In this document: piece after piece, positions 8,650 through 16,461 of the stretch
Position numbering within the stretch: the stretch's first letter is position 1
Layout of the letters: every line of letters starts with the position of its first letter
Source: an uncultured virus (IMG/VR IMGVR_UViG_3300033074_002116)
Taxonomy: Duplodnaviria > Heunggongvirae > Uroviricota > Caudoviricetes
IMG/VR virus record: IMGVR_UViG_3300033074_002116
Reading direction: 5' to 3' (one strand)
DNA length: 20,000 nt
Made by a program: the position numbers and the translations under genes
Notes under the pieces: model-generated
Told to the model about the DNA's origin: nothing
Database searches by the model: none
What the model saw: only the letters and a program-made list of their open reading frames with translations

Positions 8650-9579
8650 TCACATCCCCTTCGCCCTCTCTTCAGCCTGCTTCCGGCATTCGGCAATATA
8701 GGCATTGATTGCATCTATGGATCCGGTGCTCGCTATATGCTCCAAAGCTTCGATCATCCTGAGCTCGCTCCATGGGACATACTGAGGTAACTGGTGAAGA
8801 TGATAGCAGCCGGAACAGAACGGGCCGGTACCAGATGTGCATTTCTCGCAGATTGGGGATGTTCCGGATGGTCGGGGATGGATTGATGATCGAATCTCCA
8901 TTGCCAGCTCCGATGTCGTGGGAATGCGGAGAGATTCAATCATATTATATAATTTTTCTTTGTTTTCCGGAGAGATTTCAAATGAAAACTCTGGTGATTT
9001 TCGAATAATTCCCCCGAGATATGAATGGATCCGCGCTCCACCATTTATCATCGTGGATATACGGTAATTGCATGAATCCGCGAGATCCTGTATTACCTCT
9101 TCACGGGTTGCATGCCGGAGAGATTTAATAATATCGGAGATTTCGGCGGCATCAAGTTCTGGTATATCACATTTTTCCGGATCGCAATTCTTTGGGGTGA
9201 GCACGTGCATAAATGCCTGCGCAACCTCATCCATCACCTTATTCCGCTCATCTTCTCGGGCTGTCTGCTCTATTACCCGATCGTGCGCTTCAGCAACGGG
9301 GGATGGGTGCGGTAATCCGCAGACCTGATGATCATAATACCAGCAACCTATAACCGGCTGTTTTATTTCCCGCCTCTCGGTTACGCAGGGAGATCCGCTG
9401 CTGCTATGTTGGGGCGTCCTAGATAGAATTGATTGATATGCATTTTCTGCGTCTTTCCATCCCGGCAGATCTATCACTTGGTGCGAGTATAGGAAATTTT
9501 GAAGTAGGAGCGCCTCTTTTTTGGACATGCGATAATACGATTCTTCGCACTGTTTCGGGTGCTTGTCGCATTTATTCAT
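8650..9579 (-). CDS. Mosaic hypothetical protein with several Cys motifs
   Basis: About 309 aa from ATG 9579; CEKC..CSGC near the C-terminus. Confidence 0.7.
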   Translation of the reverse strand: MNKCDKHPKQCEESYYRMSKKEALLLQNFLYSHQVIDLPGWKDAENAYQSILSRTPQHSSSGSPCVTERREIKQPVIGCWYYDHQVCGLPHPSPVAEAHDRVIEQTAREDERNKVMDEVAQAFMHVLTPKNCDPEKCDIPELDAAEISDIIKSLRHATREEVIQDLADSCNYRISTMINGGARIHSYLGGIIRKSPEFSFEISPENKEKLYNMIESLRIPTTSELAMEIRSSIHPRPSGTSPICEKCTSGTGPFCSGCYHLHQLPQYVPWSELRMIEALEHIASTGSIDAINAYIAECRKQAEERAKGM

Positions 9580-9718
9580 CCACTTCACACTCCTGATAAT
9601 CTGGGCATTCATCGCAATTTATCCCGGTGATTGGAGTTCCTTTCTTTGCAGAATCTCCAATCGGGCATCTGCGATTGTTGCGTTTTATTGGAGGCTTATC
9701 CTGTGGAGGCGAAGTCAT
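9572..9718 (-). CDS. Cys-rich microprotein (48 aa)
   Basis: ATGA overlap at 9715-9718; C..CDEC..C. Confidence 0.5.
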   Translation of the reverse strand: MTSPPQDKPPIKRNNRRCPIGDSAKKGTPITGINCDECPDYQECEVDE

Positions 9719-10383
9719 CGCTGGAACCCCCGTGGACAGATATCCCTTCCGCGGATCTCCCCGCAGACTTCCGATCCTTCGGGTCTTTTCACGTTCCTGC
9801 ACAACATTGTTGCCGGGTCCATTGTTGCCGGGTCCATTGTTGCCGGGTCCATTGTTGCCGGGTCCATTGTTGCCGGGTCCATTGTTGCCGGGTCCATTGT
9901 TGCTCCTTCCGGGCGGGACGCATCCAGACAATCTTCGGGTTTAAGGATCGGCGTCATCGGGTCAACAAGCCACGCATGACGTTCTCCCGCGGCTTTGCGG
10001 AACGCTGCGAGGCGGTTATGCAGTTCGCACCATTCCACCGATCTGAAATGGAGATTGTCCATTGTGTGGTGATCGAATCCCACAGGACGCGGATCATGGT
10101 TGTCGCAGCAGGGAGAACCCGCGGGAAATGTTTTGTTCTCGCTGCCCTTTGCGGCGAAGTGCATTACGGTATAGTCTTCCTGTGGGTGAAGGAAGAGGTA
10201 CTTTCTCCTGCCGCATACTGCACAGGTTTCCATTCTCCTGCCGAGATTGGATCCAGTCTTTCCGAAGTTTTCTGCATGACACGTACCGCCGCATTCGGGG
10301 CAGCGGATGTCTTCGAGTTTGCAGCCGCGGTGCGCTCCCCAATGGACGTTCTTGCCGCAGTTGTTGCAGATTGCGTTAGCCAT
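9715..10383 (-). CDS. Multi zinc-ribbon protein containing (ATMDP)6 repeat
   Basis: CNNCG, CPECGG, CAVCG motifs; 222 aa. Confidence 0.7.
   Translation of the reverse strand: MANAICNNCGKNVHWGAHRGCKLEDIRCPECGGTCHAENFGKTGSNLGRRMETCAVCGRRKYLFLHPQEDYTVMHFAAKGSENKTFPAGSPCCDNHDPRPVGFDHHTMDNLHFRSVEWCELHNRLAAFRKAAGERHAWLVDPMTPILKPEDCLDASRPEGATMDPATMDPATMDPATMDPATMDPATMDPATMLCRNVKRPEGSEVCGEIRGRDICPRGFQR
9805..9903. repeat. Perfect 15-bp tandem repeat CATTGTTGCCGGGTC, 6.6 copies
   Basis: Read directly: six identical units plus 9 nt. Confidence 0.98.
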
Positions 10384-10531
10384 TTTTGGGATGCTCCTTT
10401 TCGTATTCTTCGATCTTCTTTTTGAATGCTTCCTGGATGGTCCCGCTGATCGGGATTTTGTATTTTATGATCTTGGCTTTCATGGCACTGCCAATGTTGG
10501 CGCTTACCATGTCCTCGGCCTTGCTTGACAT
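10376..10531 (-). CDS. Ribbon-helix-helix / antitoxin-like DNA-binding protein (51 aa)
   Basis: MVSANIGSAMKAKIIKYKIPISGTIQEAFKKKIEE fits a strand-helix-helix pattern; probably leaderless from ATG 10531. Confidence 0.6.
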   Translation of the reverse strand: MSSKAEDMVSANIGSAMKAKIIKYKIPISGTIQEAFKKKIEEYEKEHPKNG

Positions 10532-10568
10532 ATTACCTAGTATTACCTCATGGGTAATATAGGTTTCG
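10531..10568 (-). promoter_or_regulatory. BRE/TATA promoter with TATTACC operator repeats
   Basis: Minus strand CGAAACCTATATTA about 28 nt upstream of the ATG. TATTACC at 10531 and 10541, inverted GGTAATA at 10553. Confidence 0.6.
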
Positions 10569-10586
10569 ATTTGTGTTTTTGCTGAC

Positions 10587-10600
10587 GGAAAAAAGGAGGG
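10587..10600 (-). terminator. Oligo-T terminator candidate
   Basis: Minus strand CCCTCCTTTTTTCC just after the stop at 10606 and before the internal promoter. Confidence 0.45.
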
Positions 10601-10605
10601 CGTTT

Positions 10606-10755
10606 TCAGTTGGGCCACGCGTATTCCGCTACGCGGGAAATCTGGTAATTGTGGGGATCGGGTGGCTTTCTCCGGAACCTTATCGGCTCATCAATACCCA
10701 ACGCTGCTACCCGGCGGATCCGCTTGCGGGATTCTTTCAAGGAGTCGGGGATCAT
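10606..10755 (-). CDS. Basic microprotein (49 aa)
   Basis: ATGA overlap at 10752-10755. Confidence 0.5.
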   Translation of the reverse strand: MIPDSLKESRKRIRRVAALGIDEPIRFRRKPPDPHNYQISRVAEYAWPN

Positions 10756-10949
10756 AGTACCACGAACTCTCCATTCGGCCACATAATGTTTCGTGGCATT
10801 GGAATCCATCCCTCGTTCAAAGCGATCCTTATCACGCCGGCATCAGCCTTTCCCCCTCCAACCCTCTCAAGGTGCTCACAAATTTCCCGAGCAGTTTTGT
10901 ATTCGGATAAATCTTGGGGTTCATACGGATCGTTTATGATTGGCTTCAT
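10752..10949 (-). CDS. Hypothetical protein
   Basis: 65 aa, ATGA-coupled. Confidence 0.6.
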   Translation of the reverse strand: MKPIINDPYEPQDLSEYKTAREICEHLERVGGGKADAGVIRIALNEGWIPMPRNIMWPNGEFVVL

Positions 10950-11164
10950 GGTTGCAACTCCGGTTTTGAAAGGATTTCATGCAAGGGACATTTTTTAGCG
11001 TGCCCATGCTTCTTGGAATTGCCGCAAAACGGGCAGGTATTGTAAATAATAATCGGATGTAAACTTCCCTGTTCACTTTGTACCCGAGCAAATTTCCATT
11101 CAATCTTTTTTAAAAGGGTTATTGCCCGTTTAAGTAACATATCATCATCCGTCATTTCAATCAA
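10946..11164 (-). CDS. Zinc-binding microprotein (CPFC..H..C)
   Basis: TCPFCGNSKKHGHAKKCPL; GGAGG RBS. Confidence 0.65.
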   Translation of the reverse strand: MIEMTDDDMLLKRAITLLKKIEWKFARVQSEQGSLHPIIIYNTCPFCGNSKKHGHAKKCPLHEILSKPELQP

Positions 11165-11360
11165 CCTCCTTTCTCCCGGGCTTTACCAACCCGGCGTTCT
11201 GCACAATCCCATACTTCTCTTCATCCTCGGCGATCTTGGCCCCCAGCCATTCCAGCATGGTTTTATATCCACCCATAGCAGCTACAACCTTCATTCTGGA
11301 TCGCGATGCTTTGGGGAGCCGGAACATAGTTTCGCCGCGGGCACCATATTTGGCGGTCAT
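11157..11360 (-). CDS. Ribbon-helix-helix-like protein
   Basis: TMFRLPKASRSRMKVVAAMGGYKTMLEWLGAKI fits the RHH pattern. Confidence 0.6.
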   Translation of the reverse strand: MTAKYGARGETMFRLPKASRSRMKVVAAMGGYKTMLEWLGAKIAEDEEKYGIVQNAGLVKPGRKEVD

Positions 11361-11363
11361 CCC

Positions 11364-11522
11364 TTAGTCCTCCGATCTATGAACCTGCCAGCTTCCAAAG
11401 CTGAAAGATCCCTTTGCCAGTTCAATAAGGTCGGCATCGCTTAGATCCCGGAATCGTTTGCCGGTCTGCTTGATCACTTCATCTTCGGGTAAGATTTTGT
11501 AGATGAGAATGTGTTTTTGCAT
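11364..11522 (-). CDS. Microprotein (52 aa), not in ORF track
   Basis: MQKHILIYKILPEDEVIKQTGKRFRDLSDADLIELAKGSFSFGSWQVHRSED; fills the gap almost exactly. Confidence 0.6.
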   Translation of the reverse strand: MQKHILIYKILPEDEVIKQTGKRFRDLSDADLIELAKGSFSFGSWQVHRSED

Positions 11523-11527
11523 AATTT

Positions 11528-11740
11528 TCAGCTCCCGTTATTGTCCACGAGAATTACCCCGGGATCTCCATTTTGAGTTAACCGCTCACATGAGGCATAA
11601 TCCATTGTAAGCCATCGATCATTACTCTCATCAGATGCAGCAATCTCTCTCGCATCTGCTTCGCATTCCGCTCTGATTATAATATTTTGATTATGGATGT
11701 AGCCGGTACATTTACGGGCTTTTAATATCCAAAGTTTCAT
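11528..11740 (-). CDS. Hypothetical phage protein (70 aa)
   Basis: MKLWILK...IIIRAECEADAREIA; start moved to ATG 11740. Confidence 0.6.
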   Translation of the reverse strand: MKLWILKARKCTGYIHNQNIIIRAECEADAREIAASDESNDRWLTMDYASCERLTQNGDPGVILVDNNGS

Positions 11741-12197
11741 TGAGATCATCTCCCTCTTTTTTCTGCACATTTTCCGCGGGTCGTTCTTTCTCGAACTGTG
11801 AGAGGATTGCATAATACTCATCCAGCACCGCATCAGAAAGTTCGTGGAGTTTCTGCCCTTCAAGGAATTTTATAATCCTGGCACATTTCATTTCTTTCTT
11901 CTGGCGGGCATACTGGCTGATGTACGGCTCTTTGTATTCTACGATTTCCTCGTGAGAATCCCCAAAATACCTACGCCCATATTTTCTTCCCGCTTCTTCG
12001 AGTTCGTCTTTCCGGAATCTTACTTCATTGCCCCGAATTTCGACAGCCACATACTTCCCGGTAATGCGTTTGACCTCTTTTAACGAGAACCTTTCTCGGA
12101 CAAATCCGGATCCGCCGCAAGTATGAACAAAAATCTTATCGCCGGGTTTTAACGCATCGACAAACACCCGATCTTCTGGTTTAGTCCACATTGACAT
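11712..12197 (-). CDS. Hypothetical protein with SH3/KOW-like beta N-terminus
   Basis: LKPGDKIFV...EVKRITGKYVAVE; GGAGG RBS. Confidence 0.7.
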   Translation of the reverse strand: MSMWTKPEDRVFVDALKPGDKIFVHTCGGSGFVRERFSLKEVKRITGKYVAVEIRGNEVRFRKDELEEAGRKYGRRYFGDSHEEIVEYKEPYISQYARQKKEMKCARIIKFLEGQKLHELSDAVLDEYYAILSQFEKERPAENVQKKEGDDLNETLDIKSP

Positions 12198-12369
12198 TTT
12201 CGACCTCCTTCTGAAACGTTAACCGCGCTGCGGGATTCGCATAGCCGGCATCGCCCAGGGGTCGGAAGACAAGGATTCCGCACCGTGGGCACTGTGCATC
12301 AATGTGATGCTCGGGAACCTTTGTTACGGTCCCGCAATCTGGGCATAGGTATTTTCGTTCGGGTAACAT
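12181..12369 (-). CDS. Zinc-ribbon microprotein
   Basis: YLCPDCG...CPRCG; GGAGG upstream of ATG 12369. Confidence 0.65.
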   Translation of the reverse strand: MLPERKYLCPDCGTVTKVPEHHIDAQCPRCGILVFRPLGDAGYANPAARLTFQKEVENVNVD

Positions 12370-12370
12370 T

Positions 12371-12721
12371 TTACGCCTCCCCAATTAGATATGTCCATTC
12401 AAGGTACCAAGGTAAGATGGCAGGATTGTACTCCCTTCCATCAACCCCGTACTTTTTGCACAATTCCTGAAACCCTGGACCGTGGCCGTGCTTCTTGTTT
12501 TTCAGGTGCATGAGCTCATGCTGGACAGTGGCGATTAATTCAGAGTCGGCCATACGATCTGCCATAAACAGGGATATGCGGATCACGCGATGGTACGAGA
12601 ACGAGTACCCACAAAAATCGCTTCTCCGGCAATAGTTAATTTTCGGCTTTCGGATCCCGATCTCCTTTGCGAACATCTCCGCGGCTTTCTCGCAGAGATC
12701 GCGTTCACGTTGCATGTACAT
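12371..12721 (-). CDS. SprT-like zinc metallopeptidase domain protein
   Basis: TVQHELMH...HGHGPGFQELC (HExxH plus HGxxF). Confidence 0.8.
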   Translation of the reverse strand: MYMQRERDLCEKAAEMFAKEIGIRKPKINYCRRSDFCGYSFSYHRVIRISLFMADRMADSELIATVQHELMHLKNKKHGHGPGFQELCKKYGVDGREYNPAILPWYLEWTYLIGEA

Positions 12722-12748
12722 TTTTCACTCACTCCGTTTTCCCTTTTC

Positions 12749-12838
12749 CGGTCTGGCGGAAGGGGCTCCGCCCCTACGCACGACCCCGGCGGGGGCTACG
12801 GGGGCGCTTTGCGCCGCCCCCCCTGTCTTCCGTGACCG
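12749..12838. other. GC-rich multi-hairpin element
   Basis: Terminal CGGTC/GACCG and GCGGA/TCCGT stems enclose AGGGGC-TCC-GCCCCT and GGCGC-TTT-GCGCC hairpins. Confidence 0.6.
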
Positions 12839-13064
12839 TATCGTTCGTTTCCGCGTTTTTGCAGAAACCCCGGGGGCATAACCCTTTTTGAATTGCATCT
12901 TCACACGACATCGGATCTCTAACTAAGCAAGGCCTGCGGCGAACTTTGGCGCGGGGTGCTTTTTTATTTCCACAAATGTTCGGGTAAGGACTTAACACAG
13001 TCCAGCCGGGGGACCAGTGGGCGAGTCGGGATCTGTCGGGGCACACTTCTGGTATTTCCGCCAT
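12774..13064 (-). CDS. Cys-rich hypothetical protein
   Basis: 96 aa from ATG 13064 overlapping the upstream stop; the tail runs into the hairpin element. Confidence 0.55.
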   Translation of the reverse strand: MAEIPEVCPDRSRLAHWSPGWTVLSPYPNICGNKKAPRAKVRRRPCLVRDPMSCEDAIQKGLCPRGFCKNAETNDTVTEDRGGGAKRPRSPRRGRA

Positions 13065-13369
13065 CAAATATCGCCCCTTACATGTGCCGCGAGGCTTCGG
13101 CTTTCTTCGCGTTTTTCGTTGCAGCAATAACAAAGAGGGAATAGGCCCCGCTTTAAATCCCCCATTGTATTCTCAACCTCAACACCACAATCCGGACATT
13201 TGGTGACAATCAGCTTAATGGACTCCAGGTATCTGGGCATATGCATCGGGATGCATTCTGATGCAAAATCATAACCGGTCGTTTTTGCACAATCCCCGAT
13301 GCCGTTTTTAAAAGCACGGGGGTGCGGGCCGTCTTCCTTGGTCCAGTAGATCGGGCATTTTCTTACCAT
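13064..13369 (-). CDS. Zinc-ribbon protein
   Basis: KCPDCG...LCYCC; AGGT RBS. Confidence 0.65.
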   Translation of the reverse strand: MVRKCPIYWTKEDGPHPRAFKNGIGDCAKTTGYDFASECIPMHMPRYLESIKLIVTKCPDCGVEVENTMGDLKRGLFPLCYCCNEKREESRSLAAHVRGDI

Positions 13370-13372
13370 GGT

Positions 13373-13603
13373 TCAAACCTTCTTTGGCATATCTTCTTCA
13401 ACAACTGGGATATAGTCCAATTTTAAATTAGAATACACGGCCCGTTTTCCTGAAAGCCGGTTCAGCTCAGAAACCGAGCTTAAGATTTTTGTAAGTTCCG
13501 GTAAAACCTCATGAGCATATACCGGGGGCACCTCAATATTTACCGATAGATCGAAAGAGATCTTCACCTTGTTAAAACCCACAGATGACCCGCCGATGCT
13601 CAT
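13373..13603 (-). CDS. Hypothetical protein
   Basis: 76 aa, GGTGA RBS, ATGA overlap. Confidence 0.6.
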   Translation of the reverse strand: MSIGGSSVGFNKVKISFDLSVNIEVPPVYAHEVLPELTKILSSVSELNRLSGKRAVYSNLKLDYIPVVEEDMPKKV

Positions 13604-13887
13604 AATTCACCCCTTCGGGCCATTCTCAATAGTTCGTTTCTTACAGTAATCTGGCAGGAATACCAAAAGGTTCTGAAAATAAGCAGTCCTTTGGGATTTG
13701 CTTTTTTCAATGCCTCTTTGTAGTAGTCCCAGCGGATCTTAAAGTCGGGATAATGTCCGGCAAGATTCCGTATGATCTCGTTGCGCTCCCTTATCGAATT
13801 TGCAGAATCCATTACAAGCTTGGTCTGCGATTCGTAAATTATGAATCGTGGGTAATTGACGTGGGTTAAATATTCTTCAACGTCCAT
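13600..13887 (-). CDS. Hypothetical protein
   Basis: 95 aa, GGAGG RBS. Confidence 0.65.
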   Translation of the reverse strand: MDVEEYLTHVNYPRFIIYESQTKLVMDSANSIRERNEIIRNLAGHYPDFKIRWDYYKEALKKANPKGLLIFRTFWYSCQITVRNELLRMARRGEL

Positions 13888-14043
13888 TTAAACCCCCTCC
13901 GGTACATCCCGGCACGTACAGTACTGCAAATTCGGGCAGCACGTAAAGATCTTATCGCGGTACCCCCGGCACCAGAGCGATACCGGGCCCCGTGACGGCA
14001 CACCGGCATCGTCTTCTCGCAGGATGTAATATTGGCAAGTCAT
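13888..14043 (-). CDS. Cys-rich microprotein (51 aa), not in ORF track
   Basis: MTCQYYILREDDAGVPSRGPGIALWCRGYRDKIFTCCPNLQYCTCRDVPEGV; GAGGTG RBS. Confidence 0.6.
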   Translation of the reverse strand: MTCQYYILREDDAGVPSRGPVSLWCRGYRDKIFTCCPNLQYCTCRDVPEGV

Positions 14044-14046
14044 ACC

Positions 14047-14760
14047 TCACACCTCTAATTTTTCGCACGTTTCAAGATGATTAATGATCCACCGATCAAT
14101 TTTTATTTTAAGTTTTTCACGTTCATCGGCGGCATAGGCGGCGGCATAGGCGGCACGGGCGGCGGCATAGGCGGCACGGGCGGCGGCATAGGCGGCACGG
14201 GCGGCGGCATAGGCGGCATCGGTGGCGGCATAGGCGGCATCGGCGGCGGCATAGGCGGCATCGGTGGCGGCATAGGCGGCACGGGCGGCGGCATAGGCGG
14301 CACGGGCGGCGGCATAGGCGGCATCGGTGGCGGCATAGGCGGCATCGGTACCTATCGCGGCCACGCATTCCTTCGCCTTTGTAATTGCCTCGCGGACCCT
14401 GGGATCGGAGGGGTACTTTTTCTCGTACACATCCAAGACAAGTTCCGCAGCATAGATCGCAAGTTCAGCAGAATCTTTTGGCATCCATTTCCAAGCAGAC
14501 AAGATCCTCATTTCCTGTACTGTGATCTTGTCGCCTTCTTCGATCTGCTTCCCACGGATCTCCACTTGCGCCAGAACCTCGCAGTTCACGTAGCCCATCG
14601 CGTCCGCTGCGTGCCGGCAACAGTTAAGCCCTTCACAGGCTACTTTCACCGGGTACGGATTATTGCGCCATTCTCCGACGGTCCACGAGCTGTGATCGTG
14701 ATCCGATACAATCGTTCCCTCTTTCAGTTTTAGGGATTTCCAAAGCGTTTGTTTTGTCAT
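14047..14760 (-). CDS. Phage protein with Imm5-like helical domain and Ala-rich heptad repeats
   Basis: CEGLNCCRHAADA N-domain, LAIYAAELVLDVYEKKYPSDPRVREAI, then (xxAAYAA)10. Confidence 0.75.
   Translation of the reverse strand: MTKQTLWKSLKLKEGTIVSDHDHSSWTVGEWRNNPYPVKVACEGLNCCRHAADAMGYVNCEVLAQVEIRGKQIEEGDKITVQEMRILSAWKWMPKDSAELAIYAAELVLDVYEKKYPSDPRVREAITKAKECVAAIGTDAAYAATDAAYAAARAAYAAARAAYAATDAAYAAADAAYAATDAAYAAARAAYAAARAAYAAARAAYAAAYAADEREKLKIKIDRWIINHLETCEKLEV
14124..14349. repeat. 21-bp in-frame tandem repeat, about 10 units in three variants
   Basis: Units encode TDAAYAA, ARAAYAA or ADAAYAA. Confidence 0.95.
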
Positions 14761-14766
14761 GTTCTC

Positions 14767-15069
14767 TCACTCCGGTTTTTGCACAACCTCTTTAACAGTA
14801 ATTTCCGCAGTAATAGCCTTGTTCGGCAATTCCCAGATCTTAATCTCAAACTCTTTGCCTTTCCCGCAGAAGAGATTGCCGGTAACGTCAAAGATCGTCA
14901 TACTCTCGTTTTGGAGTTTTACCGAACCGACTTTTAGCGCCATATCGTTTACGTTGCCGGTGGGGAAGATCTCGAAATACGGAAAACGGGTTTCTTTGTC
15001 CGTTTCCCCTATGATTAAGGTATTTGTCGATCTCCATGTGCCGCGTTCTGTCCAGGTCTTGCCGGGCAT
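14767..15069 (-). CDS. Hypothetical beta-rich protein (100 aa)
   Basis: GGTGA RBS before ATG 15069. Confidence 0.65.
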   Translation of the reverse strand: MPGKTWTERGTWRSTNTLIIGETDKETRFPYFEIFPTGNVNDMALKVGSVKLQNESMTIFDVTGNLFCGKGKEFEIKIWELPNKAITAEITVKEVVQKPE

Positions 15070-15071
15070 GA

Positions 15072-15161
15072 TCAGATCACCACCATCAGCACGGCACCCC
15101 CTAAGAAGAGTGCCGCAAGCCACAATACCGCGATTATGGCAGTAATTTCGAAAGTGTGCAT
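15072..15161 (-). CDS. Single-transmembrane micropeptide (29 aa), not in ORF track
   Basis: MHTFEITAIIAVLWLAALFLGGAVLMVVI; GAGG upstream; fills the intergenic gap. Confidence 0.55.
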   Translation of the reverse strand: MHTFEITAIIAVLWLAALFLGGAVLMVVI

Positions 15162-15170
15162 AATTCTGCC

Positions 15171-15437
15171 TCACACCTTATACCGGTATGCTGTCGATCC
15201 CGTCAGATAGGTGCGATGCCCCCATAACGTAATGTATGCTGCAGCGCCACCCGGGGCCATTTGATCGTAGGTTTTGCCGTAGTGGACCCGGTATAGTTTG
15301 ACCTCTCCCCGGAATCCTGCATTGTCATGGAGACACCCCACGATATGATCCCTATTGCCATCGATCTCCTGTGATACCCATTCATAAGTCAGGATAGTGC
15401 CCCGACCGTGATCCGATATTTTGACTTGTTGTGCCAT
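15171..15437 (-). CDS. Hypothetical protein
   Basis: 88 aa, GGAGG RBS. Confidence 0.7.
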   Translation of the reverse strand: MAQQVKISDHGRGTILTYEWVSQEIDGNRDHIVGCLHDNAGFRGEVKLYRVHYGKTYDQMAPGGAAAYITLWGHRTYLTGSTAYRYKV

Positions 15438-15457
15438 GATCTCTTAACCCTCCATAA

Positions 15458-15631
15458 TCACTGCCGATATCCTCTCCAGCAGGTACCACCAGCTAACGCT
15501 TTTGAGCATCGGCCCACGTTAAACCCCAGCTGATTGTGGCAGCTGCCCTGATCCATTCCGCACCCGCGGAATGAGCAATCCTCAGAAGTCAGGGGGATTT
15601 CCCTTAATTCCGGCCTGTATTTTTTCTGCAT
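15458..15631 (-). CDS. Cys-rich microprotein (57 aa), not in ORF track
   Basis: MQKKYRPELREIPLTSEDCSFRGCGMDQGSCHNQLGFNVGRCSKALAGGTCWRGYRQ; GGAG RBS. Confidence 0.55.
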   Translation of the reverse strand: MQKKYRPELREIPLTSEDCSFRGCGMDQGSCHNQLGFNVGRCSKALAGGTCWRGYRQ

Positions 15632-15634
15632 AAT

Positions 15635-15844
15635 TCACGCTCCTTTTGTTTCTGTGATCGCTCTCGTCGCCTCCGGAATCCGGATCAAACACTGCCCGGC
15701 CCTCCAGGCACCGGTACAAGCATACCGGCACCATTTCGGGCAATAGGGATCGGCAGGATCCCGGCGCTCGTTTGGGGCGAGCTCTGCCGGTTTCCCGCGC
15801 CCGGCCCACGTATGGCCATACCGGGAAAGTTCTTCCGCGGTCAT
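15635..15844 (-). CDS. Cys-containing microprotein
   Basis: MTAEEL start, ATGA overlap; CPKWCRYAC..C. Confidence 0.55.
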   Translation of the reverse strand: MTAEELSRYGHTWAGRGKPAELAPNERRDPADPYCPKWCRYACTGAWRAGQCLIRIPEATRAITETKGA

Positions 15845-16122
15845 AAAATTACCCCGCCGAGAAGAAAACGGTTTAACGTAATACATGGTGTAATAGTCTC
15901 ACAAAATGCGTGTTCCCCCCATTTTATTCTGGCCGGTTGTATCATCCTTTGGAGAGTGTCGAACCCTTCATCCGATAAGCTATTTAATCCAAGATTAACC
16001 GAATCTTTAAAAATTTCGATTCGACAGGTGGGCCAAATGCAATCTTCACAGCAAGGGTACTGGGGTTTATATCTTCCCCCTCCGAGAAGCATTTCGATTT
16101 CTGCAAAATTTTCATCGCTCAT
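15841..16122 (-). CDS. Cys-containing hypothetical protein
   Basis: 93 aa, GGTGA RBS, CCEDC..C. Confidence 0.65.
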   Translation of the reverse strand: MSDENFAEIEMLLGGGRYKPQYPCCEDCIWPTCRIEIFKDSVNLGLNSLSDEGFDTLQRMIQPARIKWGEHAFCETITPCITLNRFLLGGVIL

Positions 16123-16460
16123 AAGTCACCACTCACCGGAGGGATCGGCCTCAGGAAAACACGCCGATTACCGGTGCGCTGGTATTCCTGCCCCACTTTG
16201 CGGGCATGGTCCATAATTACCCAATCCCGGTTCGTGTCTCGGTCTTCGCATTCGGTGCCGGCCTTTACTGTATGGCCATAACCAATATGGCACTTTTTCA
16301 CCGGGCAGTACAGCTCTTTTGCAGAATCTACCGCTATGCCGTTTTCGGTATGTCTTTGAGCTTTGCGGCAGAAGCAACAGTTTTTATCTGGATCCGGTAC
16401 CGGATCAAGAATCTGGACGCCCTGCGCTTTGAGATATGCGGGGCTAAAAGGATTTGCCAT
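16119..16460 (-). CDS. Cys-rich hypothetical protein
   Basis: 113 aa, GGAGGTGA RBS, CCFC..C..C..C. Confidence 0.7.
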   Translation of the reverse strand: MANPFSPAYLKAQGVQILDPVPDPDKNCCFCRKAQRHTENGIAVDSAKELYCPVKKCHIGYGHTVKAGTECEDRDTNRDWVIMDHARKVGQEYQRTGNRRVFLRPIPPVSGDL

Positions 16461-16461
16461 T

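Noticed and set aside
9805..9903. CRISPR array
   Set aside because: Units are contiguous with no spacers, only 15 bp long, and no cas genes are present.
9563..10425. Plus-strand ORFs with SIVAG, LLPGP or HCCRV repeats, and the extended NNGPG frame
   Set aside because: Open only because the repeat unit lacks stops; antisense to or overlapping the better-supported zinc-ribbon gene.
14077..14733. Gly-rich plus-strand ORF and the Pro-rich and Cys/Arg-rich alternative frames
   Set aside because: Shadows of the 21-bp repeat. The minus-strand Ala-repeat ORF has recognisable flanking domains and fits the operon.
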